Origin: Eledone cirrhosa
Taxonomy: Eukaryota
Length of the DNA stretch: 64,000 bases
NCBI GenBank assembly: GCA_964016885.1
Contig: OZ024741.1
Location: forward strand, 138,384,001-138,448,000
Reading direction: 5' to 3'
The first letter of the stretch is position 1, and every line of letters begins with the position of its first letter. The notes under the pieces are model-generated. The model saw nothing but the letters and a program-made list of their open reading frames with translations. It had not been told where the DNA came from and did no database searches. Position numbers and translations under genes: made by a program. Of this stretch, positions 27,561 to 40,502 are shown in pieces.

Positions 27561-27799
27561 GTATAAGAGATTTGACAGTATGCTCTCTTAGCGGAGTGCA
27601 ACACAGACAGTGAATGGTTTCGATTTAGCCCCATTTATCCGAATACAAATACTAAGGCATTTGTAAAGAGACTTCAGGGAAAGATGCAGCTGTCTATCGA
27701 TACCATACTCCCGCAGAATCTTCCATAACAGGTCCCATAGATTGCAGTCATGGCTTTTTGAGCTCTCTCATATCTCCCTTTTTAAATATTGGATATTAT

Positions 27800-28030
27800 C
27801 ACTCACGGTTTCCATATATATCCAAGTTTCCCTAGTTCTGTCAGGAAACGTCCTTTGACTGATCTAACTTTTGTTCTAATTAATTATGTTTGTAATTTCG
27901 TTTCAAATAAATGGTGAGATACCTGAAGCTAACTCATCAAATGAAAAGGCAGGCTGCAATGGTTAGTTTAAAGGCGGAGCATAATGATTTAGATATCGCC
28001 TGCTTGATGAAAGTTGCACGGATATTTACT
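27800..28030 (+). mobile_element. Tc1/mariner-superfamily transposase N-terminal fragment
   Basis: MKRQAAMVSLKAEHNDLDIACLMKVAR is HTH-like; recognised from memory only. Confidence 0.45.
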
Positions 28031-28690
28031 GTAAAATGTGTGCCCTGGGCTACAAGAAGCCAATCGGAAGTACGATCAGTGGAAACTCTAGCTTGCATTT
28101 TTACAGAGAGTTAGTGGCGGGTACAAACGAAAATAGGCTTGCTACAATTTTCTGGAGGATTTGAATCCAGGGCCCATAGATAGATTCCAGAGATCCGTGG
28201 TCTGGCAGCATTACCGAGGTGTACTGCCAGTTTGAATAAACTCTGCAGGTATGGAAGTGCCATCAGCGCGGCCTGTCCGAAATGCCTACATGACGACGAA
28301 ACCTTCTTGCACACACTCGTTGAGTGTCTGAGCATTGCTGTCCTAGGTTTATATCGAATCACTGCTGATGCATGTAGGACAGATCTAACTATCAACTCGG
28401 TTCATTACGAAGATCATCCTATCCCATTTCTTTAGAAGGTAATGGTACTAGTTTCTTATCTTCTTGGTGGCCATGTCAAAAGAAGTCGTGTGATGGATGT
28501 GTTTGAAAGAGTTGAAGCCCTCATATACCTTTCCAGATTTCACCTGAAGACAAAAACCAGCGTAGAGAGCGAAGTGTTGCCTCCCAACCACTTTGTTGTT
28601 AAGTACGGGAAAGTGGTGGTCATGGTCCGAGTGAATGGGCCTGCTATACCTATGCACCTGTAGATTGGAGGACAAATAATGCACCTTTAC
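28030..28690 (+). mobile_element. Decayed Tx1-like LINE 3' fragment
   Basis: KLCRYGSAISAACPKCLHDDETFLHTLVEC, a CxxC..ET..H...C zinc knuckle of ORF2. Confidence 0.65.
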
Positions 28691-30310
28691 ATTGCAGGCC
28701 TTATGCCAAATGTAGAATCAATTATTATATTGTATACCAAAAAAAAAAAAGAAATGCATAAGATGATAAAAATCAAGTGACAGGTCATTTTTATCATCTA
28801 GATTTAATGGAAAGATACCGTAGAGAGTTTAGGTGACAGCTGATTATGTAGGATAATGGCCAAAATCAAACACTGCCTATTAATCACATGTCTATGTCTG
28901 AGTGGCTTCGTCTCCGCCTATGACTATGACTAACTCTGTTTTTCTCAATAGATATGCATATGTATAGTATAAAACATTTGCCTCCTTGATGTTTGTGTTT
29001 TGTTAGTGGGCTCTCTTGGGAACAGTTTATATATGATCAATTATTTAGTTGGTGTTAAGAAAAACTTGTGTCGTGCGGCTGATGTGATTTATAAGATAGT
29101 CTCATTTCTGATTTTGTTTTTACATTTAGATATTTTTCTAAATTATGTTGTATTTATCTTTACAACATTTAAGTAAAAGTGAAAATACTTTAAATTAATA
29201 AATATATAGCCTGCTAAGAGAAATAATCTCACGAGAGTCGAAAGATAACTTAAGTAAATGCTATTTTCCTTTCACTTAGAAGAAATGAATAATACCCTAG
29301 TATAATGACTTAGTATGTGGCGATATATCACTTCTAACAACGGATTTAACATCTTCTAGGTTAACTTTATCAGATAAAATGTTAACGTTCCTTTAAGAAT
29401 ATACGTACAAGAATTTCTACATAAACAAATATTGAGATTATCGATTACTTGATATTTTTCGCGAAATCTCTAAATTATATATTCTGCTATTCTCGTGAAC
29501 TTAACATTTGTTTTACAGAAAGTTTTTGTCTCTACATAACAAAACACTTAACCTAATATTGAACTAAATCTGAATGTAAGGTTATAAAGACAATTCAAGA
29601 TCCAAAGAGGATCAATATCCAAAATCTAAGGATATCAGAGATATTATGGTGTCAATATAATCGATTATATATCAAATTATGTAACAATCAGAGGTTCATT
29701 TTGCAGAAACATGATGTTATTTGTTGAATCACTAATCTAGCTATTTGAATGGAAGGGTAACGGGGATAGCATAAGGCTTAAATCACTTGGATGTGCATTA
29801 AATGCAATAATGTTAATCAATATTCCACTCTGGACTATATCACAGGATTGCTGGGAGATTTGTTCATACTAGGAGCCCTTGCCTTTACGGATTTTTATGG
29901 AGTCTTTCGTTTCTGATTGATGGCTTACATATATTTGAGAGTATGAAAAGGAAAGTAATCATTACTGGAATTGTATTTATTCCCAATTCAGGTTTTCTGT
30001 CTTGATACCACCGATGGCAAACATAATTGCCTTTCCTTGCTGTACAGTTACACTCTCTTAAAAACAAAAGAAAGCAAACATAATTGAACATAATATGTCA
30101 ACCGCAACCATAACGGATTCCAATACATATTTGTTGTATTAATGGTTAAAAAACAACAGCAACAAGCTCATATCCTCCTTGATTAATTCAGCTATTTTTA
30201 TTTGCATAACGTAGCAGTTAACTGAATTAGTATATTTACTAGCAGAAAAACCACCCGTCGGGTGGTTTTCTGCTAGCATGTGTAGTGTGTATATTGATAT
30301 TATACGCAAG

Positions 30311-30344
<34 letters not shown>

Positions 30345-30801
30345 GATATAATACATCAAATAAAATCGTAATTGACAATATAAACAGAAATTGAACGAAG
30401 TCGTTGTTACACTGTCTTATGTAATCAGTAACGTAATCCATGATACAAAAGACGATATTATATATAAACTGCATTAGGAGAAAATTAGGGACAGACAATT
30501 AGTATGTTTATTTAAATGATCGCCACTGGAATTGTTGACATCACACACTCTCTCTTTCCATATATATGGTAGTTAAAGTGGTGATGGTGGTGGCAACGAC
30601 GTACCGGAAGTGCAACTTTGAAAAGAAGTCAATTTTAAATTATCCAACTTGCTTTACTAACGGAATTAAAAAGAATAAACCGCACGCAGTCCCGCAAACC
30701 TTCCTTTATTATAGTTTAGATTGTCTATCAACGATAGGAAAATATATAATTGTTTACAATAGTGAGCTGAATTTATTGCTTTCGTACTATATATCATAAT
30801 T

Positions 30802-33133
30802 AAATGCAAATACTAGAGCTAATTATATGCATATTAGAATATCAATTTCAAAATTATGCTAAGAGCGAATGGGTATATATACCCATAAACTACATGTGAA
30901 GTATATACTCGTATATGAAATGATTATAGTGATGTTAGCAAACGTAGTGAAATTTACTTAAGAATTTTAGTTAGTTTCAATTCTAAACTCACTCAAAAGG
31001 ACAATCACCATCTTGGTGAACAATTCTGGTAAAACTGAAAATGAATAAATCTTCAAGGCCGTAGGGTTGACACACCCGCACAAACACGCACGCACATGCA
31101 CCAACGCACACACACACACACACACACACACGCGCGTGTGTGTAAGTGAAGCATTTCCTTCTCAAGCAATGTTTAAGATAGATTGAAGATTAAAACGATT
31201 TAGGAATAATTTGGTTAAGTATAATCACAAATCGCCTTCTATAGGAAATAACTGAAGTGGTCACTAATATGAATTTATATAATTATACTGGATACTGTAC
31301 ACCAAACATTATATATGAAATTGAGAGTTGCCATTTAGTTGAATGAAATATACTAGCAGTGGCAGTTTCTAATTTGTCTTAAAAATAAAAACTTTAGAAA
31401 ATGTCAAAAATAATAAAATTTCTGAGATTAAATTGTCTTTTAATGCATAGAAAATCTCATATTTTTACCAGGAGAAGATTGTCTTATTATGCCATCATAT
31501 TTTATTTCGTTTTATAAAGTGATGTATATAATCTTTCAGTTTTTATTATACCAGTTATACTTCAGTGGATATTATATTTTGCCGTATTTTACTAAATACT
31601 TCTTGAGTATGTTTTCGAGTAATTGTTTATTTCACACAAATAATCTTACCGTTGGCAAATTAAATAAATTAAACCAAGGTCATTTTAGCCTACACATTCA
31701 CAAATGGCTTCGCAGCTATGTCGAACGTGGAGATTAATGAAGCACGTTTATAGAACATACCAGCTGCTTCAGAAAAGAAACAGAATAGGGTTCGCAAAAA
31801 CATACTTCAAATCCAATCTACAAACTACAAGTTTTACCCTTCGAAATAATCCCTATGAAGTCTAACGCACCTGCCCATCCTTCTCCATACGCCTCCATGT
31901 AATCCTGGAAGGATGTTACCGGGATACTCCACAACTGGACGATCAACCAGTATGTCTACAACGAGATCCTACTGCGTGTGCGTCCTTTAGTGCGCGAGAA
32001 GAGGAGAGAGATGTGAAAACTTCACCAAGAAAACGCGCTGTCTCACAACGCCCTAAGCATCTGGTAGTTCCTTGCAAAGAATATCAAAATACTGGAGTAC
32101 TTTGTCTATGCACTTGGGCTGGCTCAGTATTCATTTTTCTTTTCCCCATGCTCAAGAGCGTCATCAACGTATCCCATTTTCCGGACTTGAAAGCCATCAA
32201 GAGGGTCGTGAATACGGAGTTGTGGAGATCCCATTTGTGAATGTGTAGGCTAAAATGACCTTGGTTTAATTTATTTAATTTGCCAACGGTAAGATTATTT
32301 GTGTGAAATAAACAATTACTCGAAAACATACTCAACAAGTACTTAGTAAAATACGGCAAAATATAATATCCACTTAAGTATAACTGGTATAATAAAAACT
32401 GAAAGATTATATACATCACTTTATAAAACGAAATAAAATATGATGGCATAATAAGACAATCTTCTCCTGGTAAAAATATGAGATTTTCTATGCATTAAAA
32501 GACAATTTAATCTCAGAAATTTTATTATTTTTGACATTTTCTAAAGTTTTTATTTTTAAGACAAATTAGAAACTGCCACTGCTAGTATATTTCATTCAAC
32601 TAAATGGCAACTCTCAATTTCATATATAATGTTTGGTGTACAGTATCCAGTATAATTATATAAATTCATATTAGTGACCACTTCAGTTATTTCCTATAGA
32701 AGGCGATTTGTGATTATACTTAACCAAATTATTCCTAAATCGTTTTAATCTTCAATCTATCTTAAACATTGCTTCACTTACACACACGCGCGCGCGTGTG
32801 TGTGTGTGTGTGTGTGTGTGCGTTGGTGCATGTGTGTGCGTGTTTGTGCGTTTGTGCGGGTGTGTCAACCCTACGGCCTTGAAGATTTATTCATTTTCAG
32901 TTTTACCAGAATTGTTCACCAAGATGGTGATTGTCCTTTTGAGTGAGTTTAGAATTGAAACTAACTAAAATTCTTAAGTAAACTTCACTGCGTTTGCTAA
33001 CCTCACCATAATTATTTCATATACGAGTATATACACCACATGTAGTTTCTGGGTTTATATACCCATTCGCTCTTAGCATAGTTTTGAAATTGATATTCTA
33101 ATATGCATATAATTAGCTCTAGTATTTGCATTT
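30802..33133. repeat. Inverted duplication: ~905-bp arms with a ~520-bp spacer
   Basis: 30802-31707 is the reverse complement of 32231-33133 with few differences; mirrored ORFs 31489(+) and 32449(-) confirm it. Confidence 0.95.
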
Positions 33134-33938
33134 CGATTACCCTTTCATCGAATAACACGATCAACATGAGTTTGAGTGTGAATCGTGACTGTCTTGCATT
33201 CCTCGGCTTCGGTGACTCCGGATTTACCAACTGAAGGCTCAGGCGCTTGGTTTACAGGTCGTACTCACCGGTAATGACACTCTCCAAGAAGCCCGGTTCA
33301 GTTTCAAGACGCTCCAGGATGTCTTGACACACCTGCATGTGTCATTTCTTCTGGTAATCCTTCAACAGCCTCGGCACCATCTTCGCACAGAACTTCCGCG
33401 CGCTCAAATCTTTGATAATAATCTTTCATGTCCAGCTGACAAACGGTCAGTTGAACACTCAGTCAACGATAGCCACGCCAGACCCGACTCACGCGCTGAA
33501 TGTTGACCTCAGTCCTGCTCGTTAAAGGTCTTCCGATCGTGGGTCTACTTCCACGCCACCGCGCACCTTTTAAAACGTTTTGTGCCAGTCGAAGGCCGAT
33601 GAGTGCGACATCTTCTCATCTCCGCACACTTACTGCAATATTCCGAGTGATTGAAACTGGCGTTTGCTGTATACCTATCGCTCGGTGGCTTAAAATTGCG
33701 GAGCAGTTAACAAAAGCACATGAAAAACTTGCAATGGTTACAGAGAGCTTAGATCGGACTTATATACTCCCCGGATATTTAAACAAAAGCACGTGAAAAA
33801 CATACAATGACTACAGAGAGCTGTGATCGGAGTTATTTACTCCCTGGGTATTTCGTCAAAGGGTGACGCAAGCCAATAATCCCTACCCAACTCAGACAGC
33901 ATACTAAGACCTGTTACTCTTCTAATACACCTCCTTGT
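31757..33938 (-). mobile_element. Mariner element broken into three rearranged pieces
   Basis: 5' part 33938-33134 (-): QVCQDILERLETEPGFLESVITGE and SPKPRNARQSR..LMLIVLFD. Middle 31937-32232 (+): TINQYVYNEIL..VREKRR and FLFPMLK. 3' part 31937-31757 (-): SFQ...DYFEG*. Confidence 0.85.
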
Positions 33939-35001
33939 TTATCCGTCGAGAGATATTTATAGCATATTTCAGACGGCTAATTCACACATAATATACGATT
34001 GAAGTAAATGCCTGCTTAAGACCTAGGAATATGCAAATTGACAGATGTGGCTGACTTGTTTTGCCAAGCCAGATTGGTATATAAATTCTTAAATAAACTA
34101 TGACTCCATGAAGTATATACTTAGTGTCTGAAAATGTTATTCATGGCAAATATGTAAATGAGTTATCAATTTCAAGATGAACTATATTTTTAGTAGTTTC
34201 GGCTATATGACAGGGTTCTTGTTGAGGATCTGTATTGATTTAACCGATTAAATAGCTTCAAGTACATATTCGAAAGTTCCACTTCTTGTCGAAACACTAG
34301 GTTAGCAGATTTAAACACGTTACCATAGACAAGGATCATAACATACACATAAACACATTTATAATGAAATAATGCACACACTGAGTACTAAAATCTACTC
34401 CGTTGATCAACCCAAGCCTATACTAGAAAAACCCATGTCTACGATGCCACGAAGTGTAATATAACCAAAATCACGTGGTCGGGAGGCGAAATTCTTAAAC
34501 ACAAGGTAAATGCCTAGGTATGAAGAAAATACCATGTTTTGCACTGTAGGATAATATGCCACCAAAACGAGTATTCGAACATACGGGTCATGTTTAGATT
34601 GTTGAATCCCCACCCCAGCAAACGTATACATAAATGTTAGCTAAATATATTTTGATGTTTCATCAGGAATTTCCATGGATTCAATAAGAGGTAGGTTGTT
34701 TATTCTTTCCTGTTATGCGATAATTAAGTTTTAATCACATTCTTCACAATATAACAACTTATAATTTAGATTTCACAATTGAATTCACAAACCAAATTAT
34801 GCAGGGCTAATTAACTAATGGTAAAAGTTCAAAGTTTATATAATTAAACTTTACTATATATGGCGGAAACTTATTTTGCAGATCAAAGGAAAGTATTTAT
34901 CTAAATAATATTTACGTTTTATTATAAATTAAATCGTTCCGATTATTTTAGAAAACATGAAACACTGAAAACATTTCCACCAAGAATTTGATGTTATATA
35001 C

Positions 35002-35139
<138 letters not shown>

Positions 35140-36769
35140 ACACGCACACTCTCATTGTGATCATATGGTCCGACCCGTCGACATATGTTCCTGTTCGATC
35201 AACCTTGCGACCCCGAACCGTGCCCCACAACCATACGCATCCACACAGATACATACACAGACGTATGCCTATATGTTTTATATGTTTATATACATACAAA
35301 CACACATATATATCTATATATAGAGGTTTATATGAAGATATTGATAAAAATATATAATACGTTATATAAAATAAACAGCGCGCTGTCTGACATTCTCAAA
35401 ATATACAGGCAACTCGGTGATATATTCATCAAGGAAAATAAAATCGTTTCATTTCATTTCGAAAAAAATGTTCTTTTCTGCAGCGAGACTACCCATATGT
35501 TTTTTGTATAAACATTTATTATATATGATTATATATGTCCTCATGTCGCCATTGTGGTATACAAAGTGCCATATGGCACTTTGTATACCACAATGTATAC
35601 ACTTTGTATTCACTATTGACGGAAATGTGTTATAGTTTTGTATCATCTAATGATTTGTGACTGTCTCAAAGAATTCGATTATTATCTGCTTTATTAGGGC
35701 TACAACCTCAATGTTAACATATTATTTAATATGATTCTCCTAGTTCCATGTATTCGTTTGATTTCATTTATAAATACTAGCTGAGAGCCTTTATTTGAGG
35801 CTGTGAAAATAACTTTGTTCACACCCTGAATTTAACCACCAACTTGACCTTCCACTTTTGGGAAAAGTCACGTGATGACACAGGCGAATTTCCTACTATA
35901 TTAAATGCTAACTGTCGTCCAGCCGAAACACGTTGAATATTATGGAAGGAAAAGGTGACTGAGAATTACGAAAGGAAACGTAGTTTTGAGGGAATATATT
36001 CATGCTAAACCCTGAAATAGGAAACTATATTGTCAAAATTAGAAATGTATTATGTTGGAGGTACGCATTGCAAGCCTTCTTAGCTAATTGCAATGCATTT
36101 TCCTTCCAGACGAGTGTTTCACAGATTGTATGTATGCCTCTTCTTTCATTCTTTACAACATGGAGTCATTAGACTGCGGACACGCTGGAGCACTGCCATA
36201 ATTAAATTAATCATATTGATGCTAGTAACTACTTTTGTGAAGCCTAGTACACATTTTATCGATCATATCTTAATGGCACAGCGACCAAATGTAATCCAAT
36301 TGTTTGATCAACAAAAGCGCTTACTCCTGAAACTAGCATGGACATTCTTGAGAATTCTTTAGAATCGAGTGCATTTAGCACAATGCTCAGTTGCGAAGTT
36401 GGTATTTTGAATTACTAGAAAACATAATTTGCAACTGTCAAAAAGTGCCATCTGGGATTGAAGCCAAAACACTAAAGATTTAGTGGAATACCGCCACAAA
36501 TTCTGTGCGCGCATAGACATATACATATACACACACACCCATAAACTCACACACACACATATATATACATACATACATAAATTTGTGTATGCACACATCC
36601 CTAACGCTGTCTCTATCATTAATAAACTGACAACATATTTACGTTATGCCTGGCAAGATAAAATTTAATAATGGTGAATGTTTATTTATATATATATATA
36701 TATACATACATATATACATATTTTTTATGTTTATATATACATATTTATATATTAACATATAAATATGTA

Positions 36770-36810
<41 letters not shown>

Positions 36811-37448
36811 CATATATATATATACATATTTATATATTTATATATATAATATATATATATTTATATATTTATAAATATATATATTTATATATTTATATAT
36901 ATATATATTTATTTATATATATATTTATACACACACACACATATATATATATATACAAAATGTATATGTGCGGGTATGTGTGCCTGTGCATGTATGTGTG
37001 CATGTGTGTTTGTGTGTGTGTGTACGTATGAAATAATATGATTGGCTTTGTCCCATATAAACCGACCATCTATATCCATCTATTATGCTCTTTCTCTATC
37101 TCTCTCTCTATCTAGCTTTCTCTATCTCTATATATATGTATATATTTCTGTATTGATAAGATCCTAATATTTAATGATGTGAAATAGAGCCGTGTTAATT
37201 AAATGTCAACAATAATCATCCATGCATAACATTGTTACTTGTCTTACTCACCTACATAATCTATCCATTTATTGCAATCGTAGGCCTGAATTGCTCAAAT
37301 ACGTAAATGTTCGCATACATGCATTCCCATACGCGTGTCGAAATACACAGGAACACGGACGTATCTGTTTATATACATTAAACATTATACATATATGTAT
37401 TATTATAACTATGTATTACTGTATATATATGTGAACACACGCTCACTC

Positions 37449-37479
<31 letters not shown>

Positions 37480-37560
37480 TACATAGGAAGATAGAGAAAG
37501 AGACATATATATAGAGAGAGAATGGTGCATATTTGCATGAATATATAAATATATAAGTAT

Positions 37561-37612
<52 letters not shown>

Positions 37613-37924
37613 TTCGTTTCTGAATTTGTTTAGCAAGATTCTTTATCTGAAAACCTGTGTTGAAACCGATATTGTTATACTTTGGGAGGGTCATGTTGCC
37701 AATAAGAAACACACGCACCAGTTTCTTTCACTTGAAGAGGTCACAGAATGTGTGACGAAAGAACTTTGACAATATATATATAAACAATCATCTGGTTGTG
37801 GAACCAACCAACCATCCAAGCCGAAATTTATAAATTCCTAAATTTATAAATTTATTATAATAAATTGAAGTGAAAGCAACTGGTGCGTGTGTTTCTTATT
37901 GGCAACATGACCCTCCCAAAGTAT

Positions 37925-37930
<6 letters not shown>
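37613..37930. mobile_element. Fold-back pLTR remnant of the 40.5-44.3 kb PLE family in (TA)n
   Basis: 37613-37733 matches 40501-40620; 37733-37930 is the inverted pLTR, starting at the HHR core (TGAAGAGGTCAC..GTGACGAAAGAACTTTGAC). Confidence 0.85.
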
Positions 37931-37968
<38 letters not shown>

Positions 37969-38600
37969 TAATAAAAATAATGAATAAAAACAAAAAAGCA
38001 GTTCCTTATATTAAAAAATTCATCATTTTACCATCGTTTCTAGGATATATATGTGTGTGTTAGTATGTATATCATATAGATCTATGTAAAATTTGTACAA
38101 ACTATCAGAGGGAATATGCATACCTATATCTACACACATATATATATATATATATATTGGAAAATGTGTGAGATCCTTGGTACAGTTAGGTATATTCTAA
38201 AAAAAGGAAAATAATGACTTCACTGGTAGTGTTAAAAAATGTTTGATTCAATGTTATATTGTAATATTACGAGTTGGTAGATCCAGTAAGTTCTTTGTTA
38301 ACTTCCGTGGGAAGAATTTTAGATTTTTCTGGTTAACTTGGGTTGGATAACTTTCTCCCATTCGTCTGTCTGTGGCGATTGTCAAACTGAGATCAGGTTG
38401 TGTTGAAATGTGTGACTATATATAAGAGAGATTTAGATGTGTCTGTGGTGTGGCGTGTGGTGTTAATGAGTGTTGATGATAATGAAGGTTCTCCGGGCCT
38501 TCATTACCATCAACACTCATTTATATATATGTATATATATATATATATATATATTGAGTACCCTCTAACAGTGGTCCCCTCCTGATTTACATGGAGATCA

Positions 38601-38699
<99 letters not shown>

Positions 38700-38705
38700 C
38701 ACATA

Positions 38706-38754
<49 letters not shown>

Positions 38755-38763
38755 TCATTAGTT

Positions 38764-38896
38764 ATTAATTAAGGCTAAATAGTGGCTCCTGTTACACTGG
38801 AAGGAAGTTTTACTTCATTATCACAAGGTCATCTGAAGACCATGTGATAAATAGGGTCACAGGAGTAACAAGACTCATTATTTAACCTTAATTAAA
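38764..38896. repeat. Long imperfect hairpin next to (CA)n/(TA)n
   Basis: TTAATTAAGG/CCTTAATTAA, CTCCTGTTAC/GTCACAGGAG and TTATCACA/TGTGATAA pair in nested order. Confidence 0.6.
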
Positions 38897-40072
38897 TGAT
38901 CATTAAAACAACTCTAATTTGGTATTGAATACTCTTCTCCCTCAGCGCTCAACCATATTAAAGTTTAAGCAATGCATCTTTGCTTAAACTTTAATATGTT
39001 ATTTTAATAAATATTTGCTCTAGGTTTCTTATATATTTGATATATATTTATCCTTATCAAGCCCTCTTTCGATTTTAGTCTTCAAATTTATTATTATTAC
39101 TATATATATATATATATATAATGTTGTCTGTGTGTGTGCGTGTGTGTGGCAGAGAGGGATTGTTAAATAGACCTCAGTGATAATTTAATAATATACGTGA
39201 ACTCAAAATTATGTAAGGCTAACTAGATCACATTTAGATTTGACCTTGAATTACTGACAACCAGGAAAGTAACTTAAATCATTTTATCCGACGTTTGTTG
39301 CACTCTACCACATCATATTGCAATAATACAAGTCATGGGGAACATTTTCGACGCCGATGTTCTAAAAGACAGAAACTTAAACGTCCTATAAACCCTAAGG
39401 AGCACACATTAATGCTTTATGCCAGAGATTCCCAATTTAATGTCGATACATATGATTATATGTTTCCATGTATAAAATTCAGGATTTTGAATACTTTTTT
39501 AAATAGATATATGAAATAGGTATTGTGTGTCAATACTTCTGTCAGTATAAAAATATCTATTTTCATTTTTATTCCCATTGTATAACAATCTGCAACGGAG
39601 GTAGTTATATGACAGTATCGTTCGTTGGAATATCAATTTAAATAAAAAGCTTTCTTTATAAAATGTTTTGGAACAACATTTCTACACACAAAATCGCGCT
39701 ATTATTCGTTAAAAACAACAAACTATTATTCAGCAAACAATTATACACCACACTATTCCGAAATATATAGAGGTTACGACAGAATACGCACCATCCACGG
39801 TATTATATATTCCTTGAAAATATTTCTCTTATATGACACACTATAATTCCATATACCTTCGTAAAAAATAATTGTTTATGCATAAGAATTGAAAGCACCA
39901 TCTTTCACGCAAATATATATTCTACGCCTGTATATATAGAGTAAGACAGAAAAGTTAATGTCATAAAGTAAGCAAAAAAAAAAAAAATCCGCAAATCTAG
40001 AAGAGTTGATGAATAATTGGATCCATATAAACTGTTCATGCAACAAAATGTAGAGGGAAATTAGAATACGTA

Positions 40073-40116
<44 letters not shown>

Positions 40117-40119
<3 letters not shown>

Positions 40120-40438
40120 CTTTACGGTCGGAGATCAAATCCCGCCGATGTTTACTTTGCCTTTCATCCTTACGGGGTCGATAAAATAAAGTACCAGTAA
40201 TACTCTGGGTTTTTGCTGGCATTGTGCCTAAAGTAGAAACAGTTATATATATATAAGGGCGGTGAATTGGCAGTATCGGTAGATCGTCGGACATGCTTTC
40301 CAGCATAGTTACGTCCCTTTACGATCTGAATTCAAATACCGCCGAGGTTAACTTTGCCTTTCATCCTTACGAGGTCAATAAAAAAAGTACCAGTAATGTA
40401 CTGGGTGATTGCTGGAATTGTGCCAACAGTAGAAACAG

Positions 40439-40440
<2 letters not shown>
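40117..40440 (+). mobile_element. Two SINE family S copies (one 5'-truncated, one full), each ending in (TA)n
   Basis: 40117-40245 and 40256-40440; the second has A and B boxes. Confidence 0.9.

Positions 40441-40500
<60 letters not shown>

Positions 40501-40502
<2 letters not shown>

Noticed and set aside
31489-32449. Duplicated small hydrophobic ORF pair (MPSYFISFYK...)
   Set aside because: By-product of the inverted duplication of AT-rich non-coding DNA
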